Shown here piece by piece: positions 13,621 through 25,415 of a stretch of DNA of 64,000 bases (position 1 is the first letter of the stretch; each line of letters opens with the position of its first letter). Both the position numbers and the translations under genes were made by a program. Source of the DNA: Octopus sinensis (taxonomy: Eukaryota); NCBI RefSeq assembly GCF_006345805.1, contig NC_043021.1, forward strand, positions 5,332,001 to 5,396,000, written 5' to 3'. The notes under the pieces are model-generated. The model worked only from the letters and a program-made list of their open reading frames with translations, did not search any database and was not told the DNA's origin.

Positions 13621-13900
13621 TTATGTATATAGGGTGTGAGAGTTATTTGAGGATATATTTGGTAATTTAATAAAATGACTCTAATTTAGCAAAAAAAACT
13701 AATATATTGTAATAAAAATGTGCACGCATGTTCTTGATAAGATTTTTCTTTGCAAGATTATTCTATGAATATACCTTCAGCTTTAATGATTGCTTCAATG
13801 CAGAACCAGAATTACGGCCATTCTCCACTTGTTTACATTTAAATGGTGGTGCCCCAGCATGGCCACAGCTCAAGAGCTGAAACTGGAAAACAAACATAAA

Positions 13901-14010
13901 CATATCATGTTGAAAGAACCGGTTGTCGTCCGATCACCGAAGTTAAGCAACATTGAGCCTAGTTAGTACTTGGATGGGTGACCGCTTGGGAAACCTAGGT
14001 GCTGTAAGCA
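13901..14010 (+). pseudogene. 5S rRNA-derived sequence (first ~9 nt missing), fused to a SINE-type 3' tail
   Basis: CATATCATGTTGAA...CGTCCGATCACCGAAGTTAAGCAAC...GTTAGTACTTGGATGGGTGACCGCTTGGGAAACCTAGGTGCTGTAAGC matches invertebrate 5S including the internal control region; no oligo-T terminator immediately after it. Confidence 0.88.
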
Positions 14011-14199
14011 AAAGCAGCGGTGGTGCCCCAGCATGGCCACGGCCTTCGGGCTAAAACATTTTAAGGATTTAAGGATTTATATCTGCACTAAATGGTAACC
14101 TGATTGGTACTGGTGGCATGCAAAAAGCACCCAGTAAATGCTGTGAAGTGGTTGGTGTTAGGAAGGGCATTCAGCCACAGAAACAATGCGAAAGCAGGC

Positions 14200-14345
14200 A
14201 TTAGAGCACAATATGAGATCTAAATCATCTACATGCTCGAATCAAGAGGTCCTGGTTCATTTTGGACATTACTCTGACTATGGCAGCTTTCAAAGAATCT
14301 TTGGTGTTATGGGCGTGTTCATTGACCTCTCTCTCAACAACACTC
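14200..14345 (-). mobile_element. Tc1/mariner transposase C-terminal relic
   Basis: VEREVNEHAHNTKDSLKAAIVRVMSKMNQDLLIRACR*FRSHI. Confidence 0.65.
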
Positions 14346-15265
14346 TACAGAGCACTCACTGATCCTTCATCTGGAAACAATTTATATATCTAAATCTATA
14401 GAAGACAATTTTTTTTCCTAGAAGTACTAATTTCTTTCGTTTACTATGATAGAACATCACAAATTAGTGTTAGTAACAGCCGTGATTATTTACTTTCTGT
14501 AAATAACTTGGAAGATTTTTGTGTACCAAATCCCAAATGTTAGGTGGTCTTTTATGTGTAATGTCCAAAAGGTGACCATAAATTCCACTATTACCCTTGG
14601 AACGACTAATTCACCCCTGGTGTATTGGTGGATCTTTTCTAAAATAGAAATATAGAAATATATATGTAGTTAGAGATAGATATATATATAGAGAGAAAGA
14701 GACATCATCTATGTTACTCTTTCAGTATTTTTTTGTCTTTTACAACCTCTGGCTTCTGGTTTAGCTGATTCCTCGTCTTGTACCATGGCACCATGTATCA
14801 GGGGTGAGGGTACTGGTTCTAGTTCTGTTCTCTTGTAGTTTGTTTCTGAGTCAATTTTTATACAGATACATCATCTTTCAACCAACCCAACTCTCCCTTG
14901 TGAATGGGGTGGAATGGGATGGATTCAGCCCAACCCAACACAACATGGCACTGCCCCACCTTCGTCTTTATCCCCCTCCCCGCTCCTTATCCCTCACCTC
15001 CCTTCCTTCCTCTGCTCATCTCTTCACTCAACGCTTATATTCCACTGGGCTGTGTACTGTGTTCTATGTAGAATGTAACTTGATGCCAAAAATGTTCCAG
15101 TTATAACTTTTCATGTTGTGATATGTTTCTGATAAAATATAATGCTAGAAGACTAAATTATATATATATATACATATATGAGTGTGTGAAAGATATCCTT
15201 CAGTTTAACCACTCCCCACCCCTTGCCCTCATTTGCCTCAAATCTCTCTTTCTCTGTCTGTCTGC

Positions 15266-15304
<39 letters not shown>

Positions 15305-15667
15305 ATCATTCACTGTTTCTTATATTCATATAAACTCTAGGAATATTCCTGGATTTCCAGATGCATTTTCAGTAATACGATTAGAATTCCTTGTAAAATC
15401 TTGTCTGATAGCCGATACATGTAGAGAGGCTTCCTGAAGTCAACTATAAGGTTAATATCCTAATTGAATTTATATGTATGTATTTATGTATGACTGGCTT
15501 CTTGACCACATGGTTCTGGGTTCAATCCCACTGTGTGGCACCTTGGGCAAGTGTCTTCTACTATAGCCTTCGGCTGGCCAAAACCTGTGGCTATAGTAGA
15601 AGACAGTTGGTTGATGGAAACTGAAAGAAACCTCTCTGTGTGTGTGTGTGTATATGTGTCTCAATAC

Positions 15668-15900
15668 CTATTTCTTTACTACCCACAAGGGGTTAAACAC
15701 AGAAAGGACAAACAAGGACAGACAAATGGATTAAGTCGATTATATCAACCCCGGTGCATAACTAGTACTTATTTAATCGACCCCGAAAGGATGAAAGGCA
15801 AAGTCGACCTCAGCGGAATTTGATCTCTGAACGTAGTGGCAGACGAAATACTGCTAAGCATTTCGCCCGGTGTGCTAACGTTTCTGCCAGTTCACTACCT
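15668..15900 (-). mobile_element. SINE family B
   Basis: Reverse complement of family B. Confidence 0.82.
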
Positions 15901-16109
15901 TGTGTGTGTCTCAATACCATTTGACAATTGGTGTTGGTGTGTTTATGTTCCCATAGCTTAGCGATTTGATAAAAGAAAAAAAATAGAATAGGTACCAAGC
16001 TTAAAAACAAAAGTATTGGGGTTGATTCATTCAACTTAAAAGAATTCTTCAAGGCAGTGCCCTGGCATGGCTGCAGTCTAATGACTGAAACAAGTAAAAG
16101 ATAAGATAT

Positions 16110-16386
16110 ATATAAAAAGCACCATCCGAACGTGGCCGATGCCAGCACCGCCTCGACTGGCTTCTGTGCCGGTGGCACATAAAAAGCACCAACCAATCAT
16201 GGCCGATGCCAGACCCCTCCTGGCACCTGTGCAGGTGGCACGTAAAAAGCACCCACTACACTCGCTGTAGAAACACTGCCAGATCAGACCGGAGCCTGGA
16301 GCAGCCCCTGGCTCCCCAGACCCCGGTCGAACCGTCCAACCCGTGCTAACGCGGAAAACGGACGTTAAACGATGATGATGATGATA
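16110..16386 (+). mobile_element. Retroposon family C
   Basis: GGCACGTAAAAAGCACC units and (GAT)n tail running into (TA)n 16385-16600. Confidence 0.8.
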
Positions 16387-16390
16387 TATA

Positions 16391-16421
<31 letters not shown>

Positions 16422-16496
16422 ATATATATGTATATATATATGTATATATATAATATATATATATATATGTATATATATATGATATATATATATATG

Positions 16497-16566
<70 letters not shown>

Positions 16567-16964
16567 GATATATATATATATATGTATATATATATAAACA
16601 CACACACACACGGAATGGGGTCTTGATATACAGCCATAAATGTATACATATGTATGCATGCATGTGTATGCGTGCAGTTGTGTGTGTATTTTCCCTGTGT
16701 GTTGTTTCTGTCTATCCATGGCTCTGTTTTTAGCCAAAAAAATATGAGAAATATTATTTTCTGTTTTTGAAATTGGATCTTGATGCTCATAATAAGCTAT
16801 TAGTAAAAGCATGTAAATATTGGATTGAAAAGTTGAATGCTGCCTGTGGGACTCAGACCCCATGTCTCCTGTATATCTAACAAGAATTCTGTCATTATAG
16901 CTAAGTAATTTTTCGAAATTCTCTCTCCATTTTAGAAAATCTAATATTACCAGTGAGAATTATA

Positions 16965-17384
16965 TACTCTTTTTTACTCTTTTTACTTGTTTCAGTCAGT
17001 TGTCTGCGGCCATGCTGGAGCACCGCCTTTAGTCGAGCAAATCGACCCCGGGACTTATTCTTTTGTAAGCCCAGTACTTATTCTATCGGTCTCTTTTGCC
17101 GAACCGCTAAGTAACGGGGACGTAAACACACCAGCATCGGTTGTCAAGCAATGCTAGGGGAACAAACACAGACACACAAACATATTCACACACACTTATA
17201 TATATATATACATATATACGACAGGCTTCTTTCAGTTTCCGTCTACCAAATCCACTCACAAGGCATTGGTCGGCCCGGGGCTATAGCAGAAGACACTTGC
17301 CCAAGATGCCACGCAGTGGGACTGAACCCGGAACCATGTGGTTGGTTAGCAAGCTACTTACCAAACAGCCACTCCTGCGCCTAT
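16965..17384 (-). mobile_element. SINE family A, full length
   Basis: Reverse complement of family A. Confidence 0.88.
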
Positions 17385-17914
17385 GTTGTTGACCTTATGA
17401 GAATTTTATAAACATTTGAGAACGTGAAAGAGTTTTTCTTTTTTTTAAACCGGATCTCAGTGTATATGTATATAAGTATTGATAATAATATATTGATATT
17501 GGGTTGGAAAACTGTTGGCTCGGAACCCACATCTCTTGTATACGTGGCAGGCATTCTACCATTGTACCAAAGAAATCTTTTGAAATTCTTTATCCATCTT
17601 AGTAACTTTATTCTGACTGGCAAGAATTATGTTGTTGATATCATAAAAATTTTATAAGCTTTTGAGAGAATGTGGCATAATTCTTTTTTGGAACATTGCT
17701 TCCCAAAGCACATCATATAAAGCCATAAATAATAGCATGTAAATATTGGATCGATAAACCTTTTTGGATAGAAAAAGTTGAAGGCTATTTATGGAACTGA
17801 AACCTGAATATTCTGTAGAATGTAAACTTTAGCAAGCAACATGAAATGCATACATGGATGTTAACAGACCATTTGTATACACTCTTCCAGACACTTATAT
17901 ATGTACTTAGTCTA

Positions 17915-18325
17915 TTTCTTTACTACCCACAAGGGGCTAAACACAGAGAGGACAAACAAGGACAAACAGATTAAGTCGATTATATTGACCCAGTGCATAA
18001 CTGGTACTTATTTAATCGACCCCGAAAGGATGAAAGGCAAAGTTGACCTTGGTGGAATTTGAACTCAGAACATAAAGACAGACGAAATACCTATTTCTTT
18101 ACTACCCACAAGGGGCTAAACACAGAGAGGACAACAAGGACAGACAAACGGCTTATTAAGTCGATTATATCGACCCCAGTGCATAACTGGTACTTATTTA
18201 ATCGACCCCGAAAGGATGAAAGGCAAAGCCAACCTTGGTGGAATTTGAACTCAGAACGTAGTGGCAGACGAAATACCACTGAGCATTTCACTCAGTGTGC
18301 TAACGTTTCTGCCAGCTCGCCGCCT
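17915..18325 (-). mobile_element. SINE family B head-to-tail dimer
   Basis: Two bodies, one head; junction AAAGAAATA|GGTATTTCGTC on the minus strand. Confidence 0.83.
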
Positions 18326-18906
18326 TTTGTACTTAGTCTAGTAGTTGTTTGTGGTATTTGTATCTATAGTCTACTTGTGGTTTGTTGTTCATATATATTC
18401 AGCTCATTGGCTGAATACATTTGTAGTGGGAGTATTCAATAATCACCCAATGTCCTCATTTGCTAGAATATTACCCACTTCATAAAAAATTCTAACCAGT
18501 CACAAGTTCACCTAGAACTGGCTTCAGCAACAATTCCATCATTTTGGGCCTTTCTCTCTCAGCCTAAATATCAGTATAAATTCAGTACACATTGACTATT
18601 TGACAGAGAGCATTCAGAGACAGCAAAGATGTGACACGGACAGTGAACAGATGTGGATAAGGGCTAATCCGAGCTGACAAAAACCTCAATGAACGATTAG
18701 CAACAACAACATAACAACCAGCAGCTAACTTTTTGACTGCTATTACAATTACACTAAGAACAATAACATTCAAACTCCGTTGACATTTTGTTGTTCATTG
18801 TAATGACAATATTTGTTTTGTGTGTGTGTGGAAAGAATAAAATTTTGTTTATCAAAATTCGCAACAGATTCAGTGATCTTCTTTGTACGTGTTTTTCCTT
18901 CATATA

Positions 18907-19235
18907 CATCATCATCATCATCATCATCGTTTAGCGTCCGCTTTCCATGCTAGCATGGGTTGGACGGTTCAACTGGGGTCTGGGAAGCCAGAAGGCTGCA
19001 CCAGGCTCCGGTCTTATCTGGCAATGTTTCTACGGCTGGATGCCCTTCCTAACGCCAACCATTCCGTGAGTGTAGTGGGTGCTTTTTACGTGCCACCGGC
19101 ACAGGTGCCAGACGAGGCTGGCAAACGGCCACTATCAGATGATGCTTTTTACGTGCCACTGGCACAGAGGCCAGTCGGGGCGGTGCTGGCAACGGCCACG
19201 TACGGATGGTTCTCTTACGTGCCACCGGCACTGGT
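18907..19235 (-). mobile_element. Retroposon family C
   Basis: (CAT)n then reverse complement of family C; similar minus copies ~22714-23175 and ~56973-57357, plus copy ~32535-32840. Confidence 0.8.
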
Positions 19236-19509
19236 ATCACAGCTACGATTACAGTTTGTTCATTTTGCATAGCATTTGTATAATCTCTCTCAGCACATGT
19301 ATCTGTGATTTGTTGTGCAACATTCAGCTTGCTAAGTGAATGGGATTCCAGTCACTTATACTTATGCAGAGTCAGTTTGTGGTTCGTTGATCAAATTACA
19401 GCTTTTGGGACTTCAATTTTCTTCAGAAAAACTGTTCATTATTCAATTTGTTTGTTTAGGGAAGCGTTTGCATGCATATTTGTTTGTGTTTCTCTCTCTC
19501 TCCCTCTAA

Positions 19510-19574
19510 TATATATGTGTGTGTGTGTGTGGTGTATATATATATATATATATATATATATGCATGTGTGTGTG

Positions 19575-19614
<40 letters not shown>

Positions 19615-21288
19615 TGTATACACATATATGCATATATATATGCATGTATACACATATATGCATATATATATGCATGTATACATTATATGCATATATATAT
19701 ATGCATGTATACATATATATATATATGCATGTATGCACATATATATATATGCATGTGTGTGTGTGTGTATATATATATATACACATATATATATTACATA
19801 TGTGTGCACACACACATATGTGTGTGTGTGTATATATAACGTCTCTGTCTGTCTGTCTGTCTCACACACACACACACACACACGCACGATTCTTTCCTCT
19901 TGTCTCCATTCACTTGTCTTTCATTCTCTAATAATATCATGTATGCACCATTTCTCCACTGTCTCTATACTCTCCAACCCAAACCTCCTCTCTGAGCATG
20001 TGCCCCTCTGCCCCCCCCCCCCGCATAGTTAAGTGGGGCGTGACAGGAGTAGAGGGTCGGGGTGGGGGTGCGACAGGAGTGGAGGGGTCAGGGTGGGGTG
20101 GGGGTGGAAATTTGTTTGTGAATAGTTTTATGTATGGGTATTATTATATCCCAAACACAGATGGCATACAAGTCATGAGGCTGATGCCATCTGAAAATCG
20201 AGGATCATAAAACCTCGGTGCCTCTGCCATCTCCCTCTTTCATCTTCCATTTTCTTTCCCCGTTTACAGGAAACACGTCCGCCTCCCCACAAAAAAAGGA
20301 CAAACAAAACGGAGTAGAATTGATTGCCTTATCTTTATTTTTTTACCTTTGTATATCTGTGTATGTGTGTGTGTATCCATTAGGTGTATGGGTATGTGCA
20401 TATCTGTGTATGCATATGTGTGTACACATATGCCTGGGTGTGTCTGTATGTGTGCTGCTTATGTATATGTATGCATAAGTGTGTATATGTATGCATAAGT
20501 GTGTATATGTACACTACTTATATGCATGGATACATGTGTATATACATATGTGTGTATATGTAGGCTTCTTATGTATATGTGTGTATGTATGCAAAAGTGT
20601 GTATATGTATGCTGCTTATATGCATGGATGCATGTGTACGTGTGTATATACATATGTGTGTATATGTATACTTCTTATGTATATGTGTGTATGTATGCTG
20701 CTTATGTGTATGTATGCAAAAGTGTGTATATGTATACTGCTTATATGCATGTGTACATGTGTATATACATATGTGTGTATATGTATGCTTCTTATGTATA
20801 TGTGTGTATATGTATGCTTCTTATGTATATGTGTGTATGTATGCTGCTTATGTATATGTATGCAAAAGTGTGTATATGTATACTGCTTATATGCATGGAT
20901 GCATGTGTATGTGTGTATATGTATGCTTCTTATGTATATGTGTGTATGTATGCTGCTTATGTGTATGTATGCAAAAGTGTGTATATGTATACTGCTTATA
21001 TGCATGTGTACATGTGTATATACATATGCTTCTTATGTATATGTGTGTATGTATGCTGCTTATGTGTATGTATGAACGTGTGTGTCCTTGTTTGTATATG
21101 TATGCATTTGTGTGATTCTTATTACATGTATACTTAAATGTGTCTGTGTACAGACAGTTGTGTGTATATGTGTGTATGTGTGTGCATGTGTGTATGCTGG
21201 TATGTGTTCATGTATATGTATGAAATGCAAGAACCAGATTATTCCTTTGCTATTTTGGAAATTTTTACACTACATATGCATGCATGTT

Positions 21289-21320
<32 letters not shown>

Positions 21321-21420
21321 TGCATGCATGTGTGTATGTATGTATTTATGCATGCATGCATGTGTATATGCATATATGTATGTATGTATGTACACACATA
21401 TACACATACATGCACACACA
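19510..21420. repeat. Cluster of (TA)/(TG)-derived micro- and minisatellites, including a higher-order array at ~20400-21120
   Basis: Recurring sub-units such as ATGCTTCTTATGTATATGTGTGT and ATGCAAAAGTGTGTATATGT; explains the C/I/Y/M-rich ORFs. Confidence 0.92.
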
Positions 21421-21721
21421 TATCTTGTGTACCAATGTAAGGAAGGAGACATGCATGTTGGATTTCTAACACAGAGAGAGACAAGTCAGTTCTATGCAAG
21501 CCCCTATCCATAACTGATACAACAAATGTATCTCTGTTTAAGCAAACTAACCTCCTAACATCGCTAAAATGAGGAACGCATGTTAAATGATAGCATGTTC
21601 ACTGTAATAGTCTGAGGGGAGCGTTGATAAGGCTAATCAGAGGCTGCGGTACTGAAGTTCAAACCCCCATTCATTGTATCTTATATCATTTTGTGTCAGG
21701 ACTAGTCAGCGGTGTGATATA

Positions 21722-22325
21722 CCTATTTCTTTACTACCCAGAAGGGGCTAAACACAGAGAGGACAAACAAGGACATATAAATGGATTAAGGCGATTACAT
21801 CGACCACAGTGCGTAACTGGTACTTATTTAATCGACCCTGAAAGGATGAAAGGCAAAATCAACCTTGGCGGAATTTGAACTCAGAACGTAACGGCAGACA
21901 AAATATCTATTTCTTTACTGCCTACAAGGGACTAAACACAGAGGGGACAAACAAGGACAGACAAACGGATTAAGTCGATTACATCGACCCCCAGTGCGTA
22001 ACTGGTACTTATTTAATCGACCCTGAAAGGATGAAAGGCAAAGTCGACCATGGCAGAATTTGAACTCAGAACGTAACGGCAGACGAAATACCTATTTCTT
22101 TACTGCCCACAAGGGGCTAAACACAGAGAGGACAAACAAGGACAGACAAACGGATTAAGTCGATTATATCGACCCCAGTGCGTAACTGGTACTTGTTTTA
22201 TCGACCCCGAAAGGATGAAAGGCAAAGTCGACCTTGGTGGAATTTGAACTCAGAACATAACGGCAGACGAAATACCGTGAAGCATTTCGCCCAGCGTGCT
22301 AACGTTTCTACCAGCTCACCGCCTT
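21722..22325 (-). mobile_element. SINE family B tandem trimer (~184-bp unit)
   Basis: Units start near 21722, 21906 and 22090; single head near 22325. Confidence 0.87.
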
Positions 22326-22672
22326 GATATACCATACTGTAATAGAAAGGTTGACATTCATGCAGAGACGTTAAAGATTTTATATCAATTAACCGTGAGC
22401 ACCTTCTTAATAAAGATAATGAGTTAGGGATTTGTTGCAGACACTGGAAATGCAGAAAATTCTGAAATAATTGGAGTGGACACAATCTTGACTACAATGA
22501 GATATGCCTGTCTACTGCTGACATTCAAACTAGCATGGTGTCTATAACCATACTATGGTCATGGCAGTATCACACTTAGTATGGTTTAGTATCACCTTTT
22601 ACATGAACACCTTTGTATCTGTACTCCTGTACCAAACCCTTTTTTATCTACCTGTATGTATGTGTGTGTATG

Positions 22673-22713
<41 letters not shown>

Positions 22714-23695
22714 ATCATCATCATCATTTAATGTCCGCTTTCCATACTAGCATGGGTTGGATTTGACTGAGTCTGGCGAACCAGACTCCAATCTGATCTG
22801 GCAGAGTTTCTACAGCTGGATGCCCTTCTTAATGCCAACCACTCCGAGAGTGTAGTGGGTGCTTTTACGTGCCACCGGCACGAGGGCCAGTTTGGTGGTA
22901 CTGGCAACGGTCACACTCAAATGGTGCTTTTCACGTGCCACCTGCACAGGAGCCAGTCCAGTGGCACTGGCGACGACCTCATTCAAATGTTTCACATGCA
23001 CCAGCACAAGTGCTAGTAAGGCGACACGGTAATGATCACACTTGAACGGTGTGCTTAACGTGCCATCGGCATGAAGGCCACCTTGCTGATCAGACAACGA
23101 TCTCACTCGTATGGTACACTTAGCGCTCCACTAGCAATGGATGCCAGTCACCGAATTTGATTTCGACTTCGATTTCATAATATATATACACACACACACA
23201 CACTCCATCTTTGCTTATGTTGATGACTTTTTGTGGAGTGTTTGATGATAGCACATCACTCACGGATGTCAACACCAACTCGAGAGCACAGTATATCTTT
23301 CATTTGTGAGTACGGTCTTAGATCAGCTTCACGATTTTCCAGCCCATGTCTAGGATGTCTTTATGAGTCACAACTTGCATGGGATGGCCATTAGCTATTG
23401 GTTCACAGTGAGTCCATTCATCCTTGACAAGTTTTGTTTTTAGTCCTGCAGAGTGTCCACAACATCCTCCTCACCTGGAAAACCAGGTGAGGGAGCTGAT
23501 TTAGTCACTGGCCACCCCACCACGAAACAGGTAGTACTTTGTTATATGGTACTAATTACACAATTTTTCTGTCCTGACTTGATTACTAATAGAAACAATG
23601 TGGTGCATCATAATAAATAACTTGATGCCCCAGCTGGCCTGAATATTGACTGATCAAGGGTATATAATGCCCAAAGTAACAATATTGGGCTCATG

Positions 23696-24050
23696 TCCTT
23701 TATTCTCTAGAAAAACGCCGCCGCCATGGTGATCTCATTCTTGCTCACAACATCATAAGCGGTAAGTGTAACCTCTCGAAAGAGCTGTTCTTCACTCCTG
23801 CTCCAGAGCGTCGGCTGCGGGGTCACTCCGAAAAGCTCTATCTGCGACGATTTCATCTCAATCAAAGGAGAGGGGCTTTCTCCGTCCGGGTTGTGGATCC
23901 GTGGAATAAGCTGTCGGACGAGATAGTGAAGATGCCGACAACTGCTCGGTTCAAAGTCTCCCTTGACCACAAGTGGCCTGAACTCTTTACCTGAACACCA
24001 CCCTGTACATAACTCCATGTCCCCCTACATGGCCTTGCTTTTTGCTTAAC
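23696..24050 (+). mobile_element. CR1-clade LINE 3' fragment
   Basis: LEKRRRHGDLILAHNIISGKCNLSKELFFTPAPERRLRGHSEKLYLRRFHLNQRRGAFSVRVVDPWNKL. Confidence 0.88.
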
Positions 24051-24109
24051 TTACACCTGTATGTGTAATGAAGTTTGTATATCCTATGAATGTGGATGAA
24101 ATACATCTA

Positions 24110-24384
24110 CAGCCATGGCCAAAAGTTTGGAACATTTAAAAAAAAAAATCAAAATTGTTAAGCTCAAATACCATTATATTCAAATATATACAAAGTAGAG
24201 ATATATAGGTAAGTAGAGATACGTTTACCTAGTAACTGATCGAATGGTTCGTATCAAAGATATTGGTACCATTGGATCAGGTATTAGGTAAGTGTATCTC
24301 TATGTTGTATACATTTGAATCAGATTGTACTTGGGCATAAATTTTGATTTCTAAAAAAATGTTCTAAACTTTTAGCCACAACTT
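24110..24384. mobile_element. Tc1/mariner-type MITE
   Basis: TA|CAGCCATGGCCAAAAGTTTGGAACATTT ... AAATGTTCTAAACTTTTAGCCACAACTT|TA; imperfect TIRs and TA flanks. Confidence 0.7.
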
Positions 24385-24975
24385 TATAAACTTGCAGAGC
24401 TTTATTGACCTTTATAAAGCACTTGTATAATTTACTATCGCATTTGTGAAAACAAACAAACAAACAAACATATACACATTCATGATGGTCTTACAGGGTC
24501 CAAGTTGTTTGAATGCATGGCTGGTCACCACCGTGTGGTTATAATGGCAGAGTGGGTATTCATGTACGAGTGTCTGTTTGATATGCATGTGGCTGTGTTG
24601 GCTTGCATGTGTGTATGTCTGTGTGTAGATGATTTTACATGTGGTTCCAGATGTGTTTGTGTGTGTGCATATACACATGCAGGAGGCTGTATGCATGGAT
24701 GTGTGTGTGTGTGTGTGTGATATACAACCTGCTACTGCCTGGGGATTAAAAAAATATTTACACCACAATCTGAGACTACCTAAGGGGAAGTTTGAAATTG
24801 ATACCATAAACTTGTCATAGACATCAACATATTGTCTTGCTTCACTTCCTGATATATGCTGTATTTATTAATTAATGCCATTATTATTTTTGCTATTATT
24901 TGAGCCTTCATCAGTTTGGGGTTATTTAATTTTCTTCTCTCTACTTTGTATCGGCATATATATATATATATATGT

Positions 24976-25139
24976 ATAGGGAGAGTTTACGAAAAAAACA
25001 ACAAAATACGAAGACAGGTGGTGTAAAAAAACAAACAGGAATAGAGAAAAGTCTTTTACGTTTCGAGCCTACGCTCTTCTACAGAAAGGGACACAGAAAA
25101 CAAAGAGAGAAAAAAATGTGTGTAGTGGCTAACGATCTA
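24976..25139 (-). mobile_element. Short non-coding element with minimal hammerhead-like motif (family H3)
   Basis: Second copy at 50568-50765(+); minus strand 25092-25051 reads GTCCCTTT-CTGTAGA-A-GAGC-GTAG-GCTC-GAAA-CGTA-AAAGAC. Confidence 0.6.
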
Positions 25140-25159
25140 TCATGGTGTCTGACCAATAT

Positions 25160-25415
25160 ATATATATACATGTAAAATAATATGTTACAATTACTCAATA
25201 GTCAAGATAAAACTCTGAGTTTCAGATGCCGAAGTGGAAATCCACAACACCATCTCTTCGGTTATCTGGCCATCTGAAAAACGCTATGAAGCGTTTTTCA
25301 GATGGCCAGATAACCGAAGAGATGGTGTTGTGGATTTCCACTTCGGCATCTGAAACTCATAGTTTTATCTTGACTATTGAGTAATTGTAACATATTATTT
25401 TACATGTATATATAT
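25160..25415. repeat. 256-bp near-perfect palindrome with hammerhead-like motif in each arm (family H2)
   Basis: Arms are reverse complements with one mismatch found; 4-nt loop ATGA at 25286-25289. Confidence 0.93.

Noticed and set aside
21722-22325. CRISPR-like regular repeat array
   Set aside because: Eukaryotic context, units are whole SINE bodies, no unique spacers or cas genes.
23205-23530. FAYVDDF and EYGL motifs plus a 10-bp hairpin CCTCACCTGG-AAAA-CCAGGTGAGG
   Set aside because: Possibly a Gypsy RT relic, but too short and broken to support a call.
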